A stretch of 59,092 nucleotides of DNA from Octopus sinensis (lineage: Eukaryota), in NCBI RefSeq assembly GCF_006345805.1, contig NW_021834908.1:1-59092 (forward strand), written 5' to 3'. Under the pieces are notes generated by a model. It worked only from the letters and a program-made list of their open reading frames with translations, ran no database searches and was not told the DNA's origin. The position numbers and the translations under genes are program-made. Positions 44,878-58,045 of the stretch are shown here, in pieces (the first letter of the stretch is position 1; every line of letters starts with the position of its first letter).

Positions 44878-45160
44878 AGGTGCAATGACCCAGTGGTTAG
44901 GGCAGCGGACTCGCGGTCGTAGGATCACGGTTTCGATTCCCAGACCGGGCTTATTGACGAAAACACCTAAAGCTCCACGAGTCTCCGGCATGGAGCGGTG
45001 GTCGATCCCTGCTGAACACTTTCGCCACAACTTTCTCTCACTCCTTCTTCTGTTGGCTGCCCGCTTAGCCAGCGGGGTGGCGTCATTTGAAGTCTAAAAC
45101 AATGCGAAGCGTATTGTGACCAGTGATGTGTAGCAACATCTGATAGCCTGGTCGGTCACG

Positions 45161-45165
<5 letters not shown>
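44876..45165 (+). mobile_element. SINE family C, tail type 3
   Basis: C head plus gccagcggggtggcgtcatttgaag...gtcacggtgat tail; lies between (TG)n and (TA)n. Confidence 0.9.
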
Positions 45166-45194
<29 letters not shown>

Positions 45195-45197
<3 letters not shown>

Positions 45198-45400
45198 TTC
45201 TGGCTACTTCAGGAATGTAACTACCCACGTGTTGTTAGCGATCTCTTTTCCTTCTTTGGACATTTCCTGTTCTCCTTTCTGACGAAGAACTATTCTCCAA
45301 ACGTCAAACTCTCGCTTTCCACCGAATGTCAAACTAATACATTCCTTGTGTCCGTCCTCTTGCTGCCTGTTATTTTTTTACTCGTCTATTTGAATTGACT
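45195..45400 (+). mobile_element. Short Penelope-like relic with degenerate hammerhead
   Basis: CTGACGA (45279-45285)-agaactattctc-CAAAC-GTC; G12 is mutated. Confidence 0.5.
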
Positions 45401-45480
45401 AGATACATACATATATACATACATACATACATACATACATACATACATACATACATACATACATACATACACATACATAC

Positions 45481-45848
45481 TCTCTTTTACTTGTTTCAGT
45501 CATTTTTGACTGTGGCCATGCTGCAGCACCGCCTTTAGTCGAGCAAATCGACCCCAGGACTTATTCTTTGTAAGCCTAGTACTTATTCTATCGGTCTCTT
45601 TTGCCGAACCACTAAATTACGGGGACGTAAACACAAACACAGACACACAAACATATACACACATACATATATAAATACATATATACGACGGGCTTCTTTC
45701 AGTTTCCGTCTACCAAATCCACTTACAAGGCTTTGGTCGGCCTGAGGGTATAGTAGAAGACACTTGCCCAAGGTGCCACACGGTGGGACTGAACCCGGAA
45801 CCATGTTGTTTGTAAGCAAGCTACTTACCACACAGCCACTCCTACGCC
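45481..45848 (-). mobile_element. SINE family A embedded in (CATA)n
   Basis: Full head and tail, short internal deletion. Confidence 0.92.
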
Positions 45849-46512
45849 TATACATACATACATACATACATACATACATACATACATACATACATACATA
45901 CATACTTGCATACATGCATGCATACACGCACACCTATACACTTTGAAGCTTTTAGAGCCATATCGTTTTAAGTCATCGAGAAATGTGTGAGCATCGCAAC
46001 AGCTCGATAGCTTTTTGTAAATGACCTACTTACTTACAGAATGCTTTAATGTCGATGTAGTAACAGATTATACTTCGGAGCTGGGTAACGGGACCCTTGT
46101 CGATCAAGAAGAGACCATTTAATTTAAAACGGCCTACTTAGCTAATACCTCTCTCGATCTCTCTCGCACACACACACACACACCATATATATGAATGTAT
46201 TTAAGACGTGCGTGTATGTGTGTGTGCGTGTGTGTGTTTGTGTTAGTGCATGTGTTTACAAGGGAATTTAAAAAGCTCGTAGATATGTAAATGCAATCAG
46301 ATGCCAGCATTATCGTATGTGAATCTAATAAAATAACAAAATGAGAGCCGTCATACAAACAAACCGTATGCTATCTACTTAAATTATCCGGCTAATAATG
46401 TTAATAAATCGATGCCAGCCGAAAGGATATCTCCACAAAGAAAGCATGAAATACTGCTAATTGAAGTCGGATGAATAAGTCGCAGCCGTCAGCCAGCCGG
46501 GCGGATAGGCAA

Positions 46513-46587
<75 letters not shown>

Positions 46588-46731
46588 GAGAGAGAGAGGG
46601 TGGGTGATGGAAACTTAAAAGCGACTGACTGACTTGGAGCTGATAACGAATCAAAAAAGACCGACTTGAGCAGAAGAGGAGAAAAAACACTACATAAACA
46701 CACACACACACACAGACACACACACACGCAC

Positions 46732-46777
<46 letters not shown>

Positions 46778-47036
46778 ACACACACACTACATTATATATG
46801 CATTTATATTCTATACATTTCCCTCTGAAGGTCACGTCTGTCTCTTATTTTTAGTTTGCTGTTTGTCAGAAAAAAAAAAACAGAAAGAAGAAAGAGTGTG
46901 CCGCCATTACGAGATACTTCGTTCGAGAGTCAAACAAAAGAGGAATTCTCTGTCATGGGAGTCTTACAGATAATAACTCCATATTTATTCTTCAATGAAA
47001 ACTTGCATTTACTTATATATCTATTCATAATAATAG

Positions 47037-47601
47037 GCGTAGGAGTGGATGTGTGTTATGTGGATAGGGTGGAAGCACTCCGTCGGTTACGACGACGAGG
47101 GTTCCGGTTGATCCGAATCAACGGAACAGCCTGCTCGTGAAATTAACGTGTAAGTGGCTGAGCACTCCACAAAGACGTGCACCCATAACGTAGTTCTCGG
47201 GGAGATTCAGCGTGACACAGAGAGTGACAAGGCCGGCCCTTTGAAATACAGGTACAACAGAAACAGGAAGTAAGAGTGAGAGAAAGTTGTGGTGAAAGAG
47301 TACAGCAGGGATCACCACCATCCCCTGTCGGAGCCTCGTGGAACTTTTAGGTGTTTTCGCTCAATAAACACTCACAACGCCCGGTCTGGGAATCGAAACC
47401 GCGATCCTATGACCGCGAGTCCGCTGCCCTAACCACTGGGCCATTGCGCCTCCTGTGTGGTATGTAGCTTGTTTACAAACCACATGGTTCCGGGTTCAGT
47501 CCCACTGCGTGGCACCTTGGGCAAGTGTCTTGTACTATAGCCTCGAGCCGACAAAAGCCTTGTGAGTGGATTTGGTAGACGGAAACTGAAAGAAGCCCGT
47601 C

Positions 47602-47641
<40 letters not shown>

Positions 47642-47850
47642 TTGTGCGTTGTGTTTGCCCCCCTCCACTCCCCCAACATCGATTGACAACCGATGCTGGT
47701 GTGTTTACGTCCCCGTAACTTAGCGGTTCGGCAAAAGAGACTGATAGAATAAGTACTAGGCTTCCAAAGAATAAGTCCTGGGGTCGATTTGCTCGACTAA
47801 AAGGTGGTGCTCCAGCATGGCCGCAGTCAAATGACTGAAACAAGTAAATG
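47037..47850 (+). mobile_element. SINE family A with its A box split by a SINE C insertion
   Basis: ggcgtaggagtggatgtgtg at 47037 continues at 47454. Confidence 0.9.
47062..47453 (-). mobile_element. SINE family C, tail type 4
   Basis: 12-bp TSD tgtgtg(t/g)tatgt at 47050-47061 and 47454-47465; intact C head on the minus strand. Confidence 0.9.
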
Positions 47851-47908
47851 AATGAAATGAATGAATGAATAATAATAATAATAATAACAATAATAATAAC
47901 AATAATAA

Positions 47909-47956
<48 letters not shown>

Positions 47957-48723
47957 AGGTAGTAATAATAATACTAGTTATTATTATTATTATTAATATT
48001 ACATATCTATATTAATACGTTACGGCCAAATGTGTTACACTGTCACGTGGTTAGCTGAAGGGAGAGGCTAAGAAGGAGAGAGAAAATGCAGGAGAGAAAA
48101 AGAGAGAGAGAGAGTGTGTGTGTGTGTATGTGTGTGTGTGTGTGTGTGCGTGCGTGCGTGTGCGTGCGTGCGTGTGCGTGCGTGTGTGTCTGTGTGTTGA
48201 ATGAAAGGAACGCGGGAGTGGAAAGCATTTACGGTATTGTAAACGGAGTATATAATATTGTGACAAACAATACAAATAACTTTGGCTGTCGTGAAAGTTT
48301 TTGATGTCCAACCGTTTTCTATATCCTCAGTTCGTCGATATATCTATGCCGATAGATAAATTCATTACAGTCTTCCCTGTAAACTACTAAATTTCTTTAA
48401 CTGGTACTCTTGAACTAAATCTAGTCCTGGGCTCTTCCAATTCGGCCTTTTTCCTAACACTTTACTCATTAATACACAAGTTAATCTTAGATTTGGCTGC
48501 TTCTCACTGACTACTTCTTCCCTTACTTTCTTTAACGACGTTGCGTTGCCATTATGATTGACCGTTTTATCTCAGATATTACTCCAGAACTTTCTAGCCT
48601 CTTCTGCATTAGGTTTCTCATCTTCAGTACTTTCTTCTCTACTATTTATTGAGTTGGCAATAAAGTAATTTTTGTTTTTTAGTGTGAAATAAAAGTAATT
48701 TTTTTTCATACAAAGAATGAACT

Positions 48724-49945
48724 TTAATCAAATATATATTTTCCATTTTGTTCGATGACCTTTTGCCATCTTTCTGGCAAATTCAGGATTCCGCGCTTAC
48801 AGAACTTCTAGTCCTTATCAACCCCAAACTGAAGCAAGTTCGATTTCCGGTCATCATCATTATTGAAAGTTTTACCATTCACAGAATTTTACACACTCCA
48901 AAATAAATGATAATCTGATAGTGCAAGGTCAGGACTATGTGGTAGATGTAACATTACTTCCCAACCAAGCTCCAATAATTTTTCACGAGTTAGCAAAGAC
49001 GTGTGTGGTCTCGTGTTGTCATGGTGGAACACGATTCCTTTACGATTTGCCAATTCTGGCGGTTTTTCTGTGATTACTTCCTCCAGTTTCATTAGTTGTT
49101 GACAGTAAACATCTGAATTGATCATTTGGTTCATTGGAAGCAGCTCAAAACACACAACACCCTTGTAATCCCACCAAATTGACAGCATGACCTTTTTTGA
49201 TGCAATTCAGTTTTTGATACGATTTGTCTGGGTCATTTTTGCTTGGATTGATGTTATTGGAGACAATCCATTTCTCATCACCAGTCATGATTTGCTTTTA
49301 GAAATGTGGATTTCGCTGCGTTTGAGATGCATATCACAAATATTGATTCGTTATATTAAGTGAATCTCTTTCAATTTATGTGGAACCCAAATATCAAGCT
49401 TCTTAATGAGTCCAAGACATTCTAAGTGATTTTCAATTGTTGTGTGTGATACATTTAACCTCTCTGCAATCTCTCGCACCATTATATGACAATCAGATAC
49501 GTTCTGAGTTCAAATTCCGCCCAATTACGTTCTGAGTTCAAATTCCGCCCAGGTCGACTTTGCCTTTCATCCTTTCGGGGTCGATAAATTAATTACCAGT
49601 TACGCACTGGGGTCGTTGCAATCGACTTAATTCGTTTGTCTGTCCTTGTTTGTCCCCTCTATGTTTAGCCCCTTGTGGGTAATAAGAAAACATATATGAC
49701 AACCAGATTCAATTATGGCTTTGATTTGGTCATCATCAACTTCAGTAGGTCGACCAGAATATTGGTTATCTTTGAGTGAAAAATCTCCAGAACGGAATTT
49801 TTGAAACCATTCTGACATGTATGTTCAGTTAAGCAAACGACACCATAAACTTCACCTTAAATTTTTATGAGCCTTAACAACTTTCTTGCCTTTTCGGAAA
49901 CAAAAAAAGCAAAACATGGCAAAAATGTTCGTTTTTGCACTCCAT
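48724..49945 (-). pseudogene. mariner transposase pseudogene
   Basis: MECKNEHF..WFQKFRSGDFSLKD..SGRP..WVPH..MTGDEKW..FHHDNTRPH..HSPDLALSDYHLF..LPERWQKVIEQNGKYIFD*; frameshifts, stops and a SINE insertion. Confidence 0.92.
49499..49692 (+). mobile_element. 5'-truncated SINE B inside the transposase
   Basis: 16-bp TSD tatatgacaa(t/c)cagat at 49483-49498 and 49693-49708; 26-bp 5' segment duplicated. Confidence 0.92.
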
Positions 49946-51233
49946 ATTAAAATTGACGCTGAATGAACAGCTGTGAACAAAATTACGCGCAATTTGCTTA
50001 GCTAAAAGTAATGGCTGTCAAATGTTAAAAGGAAAATAATCATAACATTGACAAAAGTCATTCAAAAAAATTGTTACTCTATCTATTTGCGAAAAACGAA
50101 ATTACATTTTTGGCAATCCAATATTTGGTTATAAAATCTCTTCTGGTCTGTCTCAAATAATCTATTCTATTGATACTGATCTATTCTTTTCTGATATCTG
50201 GAAAGCTTACCTGCTACTGCTATGATACGTTGTTTCAACTCTCCTGTGGCTTTCCCAAATTCTTTCTCTTTGAATAAGTGTTGCCAAGAGAAGATTTAAA
50301 TCGTGTATTTCCTAACTTGTTCGTTTCCAGGGTTCTATTCTACGCAGACTTTGTCTTAAAGTCTTCACTTTATTTTGCCATCTCCTTTTTCATATTGGCT
50401 CTTTTCTAATCTTTCCTTGGGGAATAACTAATCTTCTAGTAACTACTTCTCTTCCTGCATGGATCAATAAAATAGTGTCACCTATATCTTCAGTATCTCT
50501 CCTACTGATAACAGACTCTACTTTCCTTGTCATATCTAGCAAGTTCCCTCTGTTGGTACCTTTTAATGCTGGTAATCTTTTTCTTTTTCCTTTACTCATT
50601 CCTTCCTGCAACTCATCTAAAATCTTCTGATCTTCCTCACTTAAGTCGCTGGTGCCAGTTCTCCCTTCCTGACAGTGCCATTATTATCTTTTCCTTTAGG
50701 GTAAGGCGAAGAGTTAGAGACAAAGAGGGAGCGTGTTGTGTATTAAGTCTAAAAATTGTGCATAAAGCATACACATTGTACATATAAAGTTTATTAAGTA
50801 ATTATCGAATTCCAGTTTCCTTCATTTTTCCATGATTAGCAGATGAGCGACTATTTGTTAATACAGACGCAACACAAGCTACGCTTTCAGGATTTTTGGA
50901 TAAATTTTTCAGTAAGTTTACTATTAATTCCATGAAATATTGACGGGTTCCGCAAATAAAAGTTAAGTTCTCATGAAGATGAAGAATATTGTAAGTCTTC
51001 TTTTTTTCCGCATCTTCGCGAAACTTCCTTATTTATGTAGCCACACAAAGACATAGTTTTTGTAACGCCATTCGGTATTCGAAGACACACAGTCATTCCA
51101 GTAACTTCTCTCAGAAAAGGTGAAGAAACAAGAAAATATTTCCTGTGAGATTCTAACAGCGATTCTAACATTTTGGTTCAAATCTGTGTAAAATATTTTA
51201 TGTAACTTTGGTTGATAGAACAGCTTCCGCCTA

Positions 51234-51685
51234 GGCGGCGAGCTGGCAGAAGCATTAGCATGTCGGGCGAAATTCTTAGCGGTATTTCGTCTGCTGCTAC
51301 GTTCTGAGTTAAAATTCTACCGAGGTCGACTTTGCCTTTCTTCTTTTCGGGGTCGATAAATTAAGTACCAAGTTATGCATTGGGCTCGATGTAATCGACT
51401 TAATCCCTTTGTCTGTCTTTGTTTGTCCCCTCTATGTTTAGCCCCTTGTAGGTAGTAAAGAAATAAAAACGTTAGCACGCCGGGCGAAATGCTTAACGGG
51501 TATTTCGACGGTCTTTACGTTCTGAGTTAAAATTCCGCCGAGGTCGACTTTGCCTTTCATCCTTACGGGGTCGATTAAATAAGTACCAGTTACGCACTGG
51601 GGTCGATATAATCGACTTAATCCCTTTGGCTGTCCTTGTTTGTCCCCTCTATGTTTAGCCCCATTCTGGGCACTTGAGAAATAAT
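51234..51685 (+). mobile_element. SINE B tandem dimer within one TSD
   Basis: Perfect 15-bp TSD aacagcttccgccta at 51219-51233 and 51686-51700; second unit starts at about 51467. Confidence 0.92.
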
Positions 51686-51749
51686 AACAGCTTCCGCCTA
51701 CCGACACGCACCGACTTCGAGACATTTACCAGAAATGGTCCAAACACAA

Positions 51750-51797
51750 GGATGACAATGACCACGACGGTGGTGGTGGTAGTGGTGGTGGTAGTGG

Positions 51798-51830
<33 letters not shown>

Positions 51831-52080
51831 GGATGATGATGATGATGACGATGACAACGACGACGACGATGATGATGATGATAACGATAATGACAATGAC
51901 GGCGTCGGTAATGATGATGATAATGGTGGCTATAATGACAATGATAAGGATTATAATGACGATAACGACGATGACGATGATTATGATTATGTTGATGATG
52001 GTCTAAAATGATGAGGATGATGATCATGATGATCACGACGACGACGCCGACGACAACGGCCATGACAACGATGACAACGT
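51750..52080. repeat. (GGT)n/(GAT)n/(GAC)n trinucleotide microsatellite
   Basis: Directly visible. Confidence 0.92.
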
Positions 52081-52678
52081 GATTTAACTCCAAGGAATTC
52101 GGTTTGCCAAGGGTGATGAAACAATTAAACGATATTGTGTATCATTTAAAAACTTGTCTTATTTTACCTGGAATACTTCGGGGATAATCACAAATATATT
52201 GAACAATTAAGATCTAAAAAGCATCAGTTTTCCCCTTAAAATGCAACAACGGTTATCAAGTGAACAATTTCAAAATAATACATCCTTCATTTTTGTCTTT
52301 CATTTTTTTTTGTTTTTTTTGTTTTTCGTTCTTTTCTTTTTCCTTTTCCTTTTCAGCATCAACCTCTTCTTTTAGAATCAGTTCCGAAGCGTTTCTACGG
52401 CCACAAGTAACAACCCACATCTCACTATTAATGATCTAATTTTTGATTTTTGGATTTCGTGTCGGCTGTTAATGACAAGTGATATTTCTGTAGGCGTCTG
52501 CAACTATTTCCAGAGATTAAGCAAGATTATTGTCAGCTGTCATTGAAATTAATGATTGAAATTATATTGGGCGAAACTCACATATAAACCTTCCTAACAG
52601 CAAATTCCTGTACTCTTGTTTTTACTCTAAATAACTCTCTCAACTTCCAATTTCAGTCTGTTGCTTCTGCATTTAATA

Positions 52679-53187
52679 CCGTAAATCCTCGAGTATAGTC
52701 CGCCCTTGAGTATATAATACGCAGGGGATTTTTAGGGGGCTGTATCTTTGAAAAACCTAAACCTTGTGTATAATACGCACCCCTTCTCTAACTTGAGTCA
52801 AGGAGGTCTATATAACGTCCTTGGTTTGTAAAAATGTATACAGTAACGTCCTTTATTATTATTGTACATATAACATAATGCAAACGTGTAGCTTTTTTGT
52901 GCATTTTGTTTGCAGGAAATAAAGAAATAACAGTAATAACGTTAAATGTTGCTTACTGCAAGTTATGGATGATTCTTTTATGACTTCATTGCTTTCAGGC
53001 TTAGCTTAAGGTATTTTCGCGCCCGACCTCTCAAAATGCGTCTGAATAAACATTGCCGGACAGCAAATAGAGACTCGGACATTGCTTAGAAAATATTTTT
53101 CATTTTTAACCTCGTATATAGTACGCACTAGGGATTTTGACCTTTAAATTTTGGGGGAAAATGCGGATTATACTCGAGGATTTACAG
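52679..53187. mobile_element. Tc1/mariner-superfamily (Tc2/pogo-like) MITE, 509 bp
   Basis: TA TSD; 25-bp TIRs ccgtaaatcctcgagtatagtccgc / gcggattatactcgaggatttacag (2 mismatches). Confidence 0.85.
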
Positions 53188-53379
53188 TATATAACTTATT
53201 CAGTCGTATATTGTTTGCTACAGATACCTTTGGTAGACTATGTGGCTATCATGTTCGTTTTAAGTTACTTTGTTTTAATATTTACTGTGGCTGATATATC
53301 TAGTCTATCTAAATATTTTTCTTATTTTATTTCAAGCTGTTGCCAAGATGATAGAAGCATACAGTAATGCATATTATAC

Positions 53380-53445
<66 letters not shown>

Positions 53446-53446
53446 A

Positions 53447-53842
53447 GGCGAGGGTTTGGCTGTGTAATAAGAAGCTTGCTTACGAACAACATGGTTCCGG
53501 ATTCAGTCCCACTGCGTAGCACCTTCGGCAAGTATCTTCTACTATAGCCTCGGGCCGACTAATACCTTGTGAATAGATTTGGTAGACGGAAAGTGAAAAA
53601 ATCCCGTCGTATATATATATATACGTGTATATATTTGCGTGTCTGTATTTGTCCCCCCCCCTCCGTCACCATCGCTTGACAACCGATGTTGGTCTGCTTA
53701 CATCCTCGTAACTTAGTGGTTCGGCAAAATAGAGCGATAGAACAAGTACTAGGCTTACAAAGAATAAGTCTTGGGGTCGATTTGCTCGACAAAATGCAGT
53801 GTTCCAGCATGGCCGCAGTAAAATGACTAAAACATATAAAAG
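53447..53842 (+). mobile_element. SINE family A
   Basis: Colinear head, body and tail. Confidence 0.9.
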
Positions 53843-54608
53843 AACATATGTACGTATGAATATATATATTACATATATATATACATATGTACATACATGC
53901 ACACACACAAACACACACACATGCACACACAGACACAGACACAGACACACACACACATACTTATATATATATACATACGAATATTTAAAAAATACTTGTA
54001 AGCAATGTTGGTAGGAAGTTAGACATAATATACGTAAGGCGGTACCAATAACTGAAAAGTAAGACAATTTATTGTCTTACTTGAAATAATTATTTTAATG
54101 CTTAGATTATATTTCGGAGAAGATTCCCCTTATCAAATATAAAATATAAGAATATAATCCAAAAATTCGATGAAAAGATAATCCAAGAATTCGATGCAAA
54201 AGTGCTGTTCTTAGCAAGACACTCTTCGGTGTTGTAATGGAAAGTATTAGTGGATTCTTGTATTCATGGCTGAGAATGGTAAAGATACATACTATCAAAA
54301 GTAGCAGGTAGCGTGATGTGTCATAAGCAGCAGTAAAAGTGTCTTAGTAAGAAGAATTAGTGTGGGTGTGCAAAAGATTCCTGGGAAATGTCACTGGACA
54401 ATAGCTGAAGGTTAAAATAAGGTATTTCTAGATTTGCATTGTTTGAAGATGTTCTTGTGTTCATTCATTGGCTTCATATTACATATCTTCCCCTAACTTC
54501 CTACTGACATTGTTTAAAGGTTTTTAAAAAAATATTCATATTATCTTCACATAGTGCTTCAAGCAAATTACAATACTCTCTTATTCATATATGTGTGTGT
54601 ATATATAT

Positions 54609-54674
<66 letters not shown>

Positions 54675-54702
54675 TTATATATTTATATATATATGCATAT
54701 AT

Positions 54703-54879
54703 ACTCTTTACTCTTTACTCTTTTACTTGTTTCAGTCATTTGACTGCGACCATGCTGGAGCACCGCCTTTAGTCGAGCAAATCGACCCCGGGACTTATTC
54801 TTTGTAAGCCCAGTACTCATTCTATCGGTCTCTTTTGCCGAACCGCTAAGTGACGGGGACATGTATATATGTATATATG

Positions 54880-54973
<94 letters not shown>

Positions 54974-55240
54974 GTGTGTGTATTTATGTATGTGTGTATG
55001 TGCGTGTATGTGTGTGTATGTGTATGTATGTACGTGTGTGTATGTGTGTATGTGTGTATATGTGTTTGTGTGTATGCGTGTGTACGTGTGAAATATAAAG
55101 TATCTTCATTATATTCTTTTATTCTTTTACATTCTTTTTACTCATTTGAATGCGGCCGCGCTGGAGCACCGCCTTAAAGAGTTTTAATCGAAGAAATCGA
55201 CCCCGGGACTTATTTTTCAAAGCCTAGTACATATTCTGCC
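54703..55240 (-). mobile_element. Two SINE A 3' fragments separated by TA/TG microsatellite
   Basis: gctggagcaccgcctt...aatcgaccccgggacttatt at about 54754 and 55160. Confidence 0.85.
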
Positions 55241-56374
55241 TTAACCAAATAAATCCCCTAATATTTAATTCTAACCCTTATTCCTAAATAATTTAACTTT
55301 CAACTAGTTTCTCCATTGACGACTACCTACACACCCATGCCACCATTGCTAAAAATATTTCTACAGCCACTGACCTTAGCCATAAAACCGACGCAAGCAA
55401 TTACTACTAGATTTCCTCTCCAGCCCCTACAGGCTAGAAGAATACCACTAGCACCTACTATTCTCTTTGAATCCCTTTCATTTTACTTTTTTTTTTTAAC
55501 ATTATCTTCCTTTACCTCCTCCCCCACCTCTACATGATTTATAATACATTGATGTACATGGAAACATTGCTATTCGGTGTCCATGTTATTTTTGCTCTTT
55601 CAGGTAGTGTCTAATTCGGAACGTAAAGAGCCGGAAAAGATGCCGCGGAGCATTTTGTCCGGCATGTTAATGATTCGACCAGATCGGCACCTTCGAGAAA
55701 TGATAATAATGGTTTTAACATAATCAGTGACACCTTCTTCTTGGGGTGATGAGCCGCCTGTGATAAAGGAAATTTTTGGGGAACGGTTTGATGGCCTCGG
55801 CAGGTCGTCAAAAGCTTTAGAAGTAGCTTTGAATTTTGTATAATTATTCTAGTCTAGGATTTCATAGGAATGTGAAATTCTTTGACTAATGAGTTTAAAG
55901 AAACGATTGCAAAGTGGAAGAAGCATATTAGACACTCCAAAACACACAAATATTGCTAACTTCACTAAAATATTTATTATTTGAAGTCAGAATTTTCGTC
56001 GCATCAGTTACAGTGGACCTGTGTCAGTGACCAGGTCGTAGTCGGCAGTTCGTACGACGAAGATCTTGACACCACATGATAAATCTCTAAGCGAATTTAA
56101 TAGTCTTTGTGTGTGTTTGTGTATTTGAATGTCTAATATGTACCTTCAGTGCTGCAATCGTTTTAGCTTCAGCACGTGATCACAAATCAATTTATCTGCC
56201 TGACAAGTTAAACACCTGCGAGTTTTAAGAAACTTGTATAATGTTTCTCTCATGTCCATCATAATTGCAACGCATGCATTTCGCCATTGTAACATTTATA
56301 TTCAAGATCTATTGGTGTCGACCTCTATTAAAATAATTAAGGCCTTGTACCTATAGGAGAAAATATTATTATTA

Positions 56375-56936
56375 CTGAGTGAGAGAGCAGTGCATGCCAT
56401 CAAAGTGACACTCGGGTAAAATATACGAAGCCCAGTATACCCACCATGACTACCCGTCTGATAAGGCTACACTAGGCACATTGCATCAAAACCATATGTG
56501 CATGACATGGTAATCTCATATCAAGATAAACAGTGCATGACTGTTTACAGGTGGATCCCAGTTAGAATTTTCTTCTGGTCTAGTAGCTCATCCAGCTCAA
56601 AAGGTCACTGAATAAGGGTTGTTTAAGGATGTTGAACGAAACACCCATGTTTCCAAGGGTGAATTATTCAAACCCCAAAGAATTCCTCTCAAGACATGGC
56701 TATGATGCTCCCCCTCTACTTCTGCTCATGATCAGAGATGCACATATCGTCAGCCACTAAGGGACATGGTCAACTGGTTAAGGTCAAACAAGTGACAAGC
56801 AAATCTGTGGTATTGAGCAGAATATTTGCTGTAGCCCATCTTTTATACCAAGACAAAACAATGTACATGATAACACTTACAATCAGTTAAGATCAGAAGC
56901 CACGAGAGCCACTGCCTGGTACTGCATCAGGGCATT
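56375..56936. mobile_element. Unclassified about 0.56-kb dispersed element, copy 2, flanked by (ATT/GTT)n
   Basis: Colinear with 23121-23600; 41 bp near its right end repeated at 57020-57060. Confidence 0.8.
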
Positions 56937-56940
56937 GATT

Positions 56941-57023
<83 letters not shown>

Positions 57024-57059
57024 GATCAGAAGCCACGAGAGCCACTGCCTGGTACTGCA

Positions 57060-57230
57060 TTTCGTCGGTCTTTGCATTCTGAGTTCAAATTCCGCCGAGG
57101 TTGCCTTTGTTTTTCATCGTTTTGCGGGTCGATAAAATAAGTACCAGTTGAGCATCGGAGTTACTCTCATTGACTTTCCTCCTCCCCAAAAATTTCAGGC
57201 CCTGTGCCTAAAATAGAAAGGATTATTATT
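57060..57230 (+). mobile_element. 5'-truncated SINE B
   Basis: ttctgagttcaaattccgccgagg core and ggccctgtgcctaaaatagaaagg tail. Confidence 0.85.
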
Positions 57231-57546
57231 GCCGTTTTTTTCTGTAGTAGTAGTAGTAGTTGTTGTTGTAGAAAACAAGGTTCAACTTTTACACACAACA
57301 TGTGGGAAAATCCAAATCGCTTCTGACAACATAGGAAGAAGTCTGACTTCAAAAACAGATTCGCTTCTTCTGTTTTCACGACGTAATTATGAAGTTTGGA
57401 ATTGATTATTAGATAGTTGGTTAAGAATCATCATCATGATTCCGTGTTCAATCCCACTGGACGGCACAATAGGTATGTGATTTAGCTATGGACTGACCAA
57501 AATTACATGTTTGTGAGAGGATTTTGCAAGATGGAAACTTTTTCGG

Positions 57547-57600
<54 letters not shown>

Positions 57601-57644
57601 TCATACACACACACACACACACACACACACATGTTCTGAATCTT

Positions 57645-58045
57645 TCCTTTATTCTCTTATTGGCTTCAGGCGGGGACTGTGGCCATGCTACGGCATCACC
57701 ATTAGCGCTAATGCTTATTTATTTTGGATTCATTTCCCGGCTGTTCGGAATCGGTCCTGGCGAAGAAGTGAGATGGACAAAGCTGCTCTTTTTGGCGCTT
57801 CTTGTCGTGATGTGGGTTCAACTGGTATCTTCGATGAAAAAAAAAACCCAAAACATCCCCAAAAAACAGGAAATTGCCAGAATATTCTTTGAATACATCC
57901 GTATCTACTCTTCGTAGATGAAAACGTGCGCTCCTATGAATCATAATCTGTTATTGAGAGGATGAGAGCTTTGGTAGTCTGTAGTGGCATCCACCTCTGT
58001 GATTGATAGATCTTCCAGGTTCTTCCACATGCATATATAATTTTA
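57645..58045 (-). pseudogene. CR1-like LINE 3' end, second copy
   Basis: ICMWKNLEDL..LRRVDTDVFK..SKIPVEPTSRQEAPKRAALSISLL then the tagcatggccacagtc...ctgaagc tail. Confidence 0.7.

Larger units (their letters stand above)
48649..50121 (-). mobile_element. Full-length decayed mariner (DD34D) element
   Basis: TA TSD at 48647-48648 and 50122-50123; degenerate TIRs ttgagttggcaataaagtaattt / aaattacatttttggcaatccaa. Confidence 0.92.
48370..50700 (-). pseudogene. R4/Dong-type LINE fragment (region N-terminal to RT), interrupted by mariner
   Basis: ELKQRIIAVAGKLSRYQKRIDQYQ*NRLFETDQKRFYNQI|NSREES..PNAEEARKFWSNI*..PNWKSPGLDLVQ reads through once the mariner is removed. Confidence 0.8.

Noticed and set aside
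51674-52093. Poly-His / poly-Met ORFs suggestive of a metal-binding protein
   Set aside because: A (GAT)n-type microsatellite read in different frames; no splice or codon evidence
52320-52412. Possible small exon after a long pyrimidine tract
   Set aside because: Weak donor (aa/gtaaca); T-rich tracts are ubiquitous here and the peptide is unrecognisable
54100-55540. Possible further LINE fossils (54100-54500 minus strand, 55240-55540 plus strand; also 12760-13020)
   Set aside because: Resemblance too faint to support without a profile search
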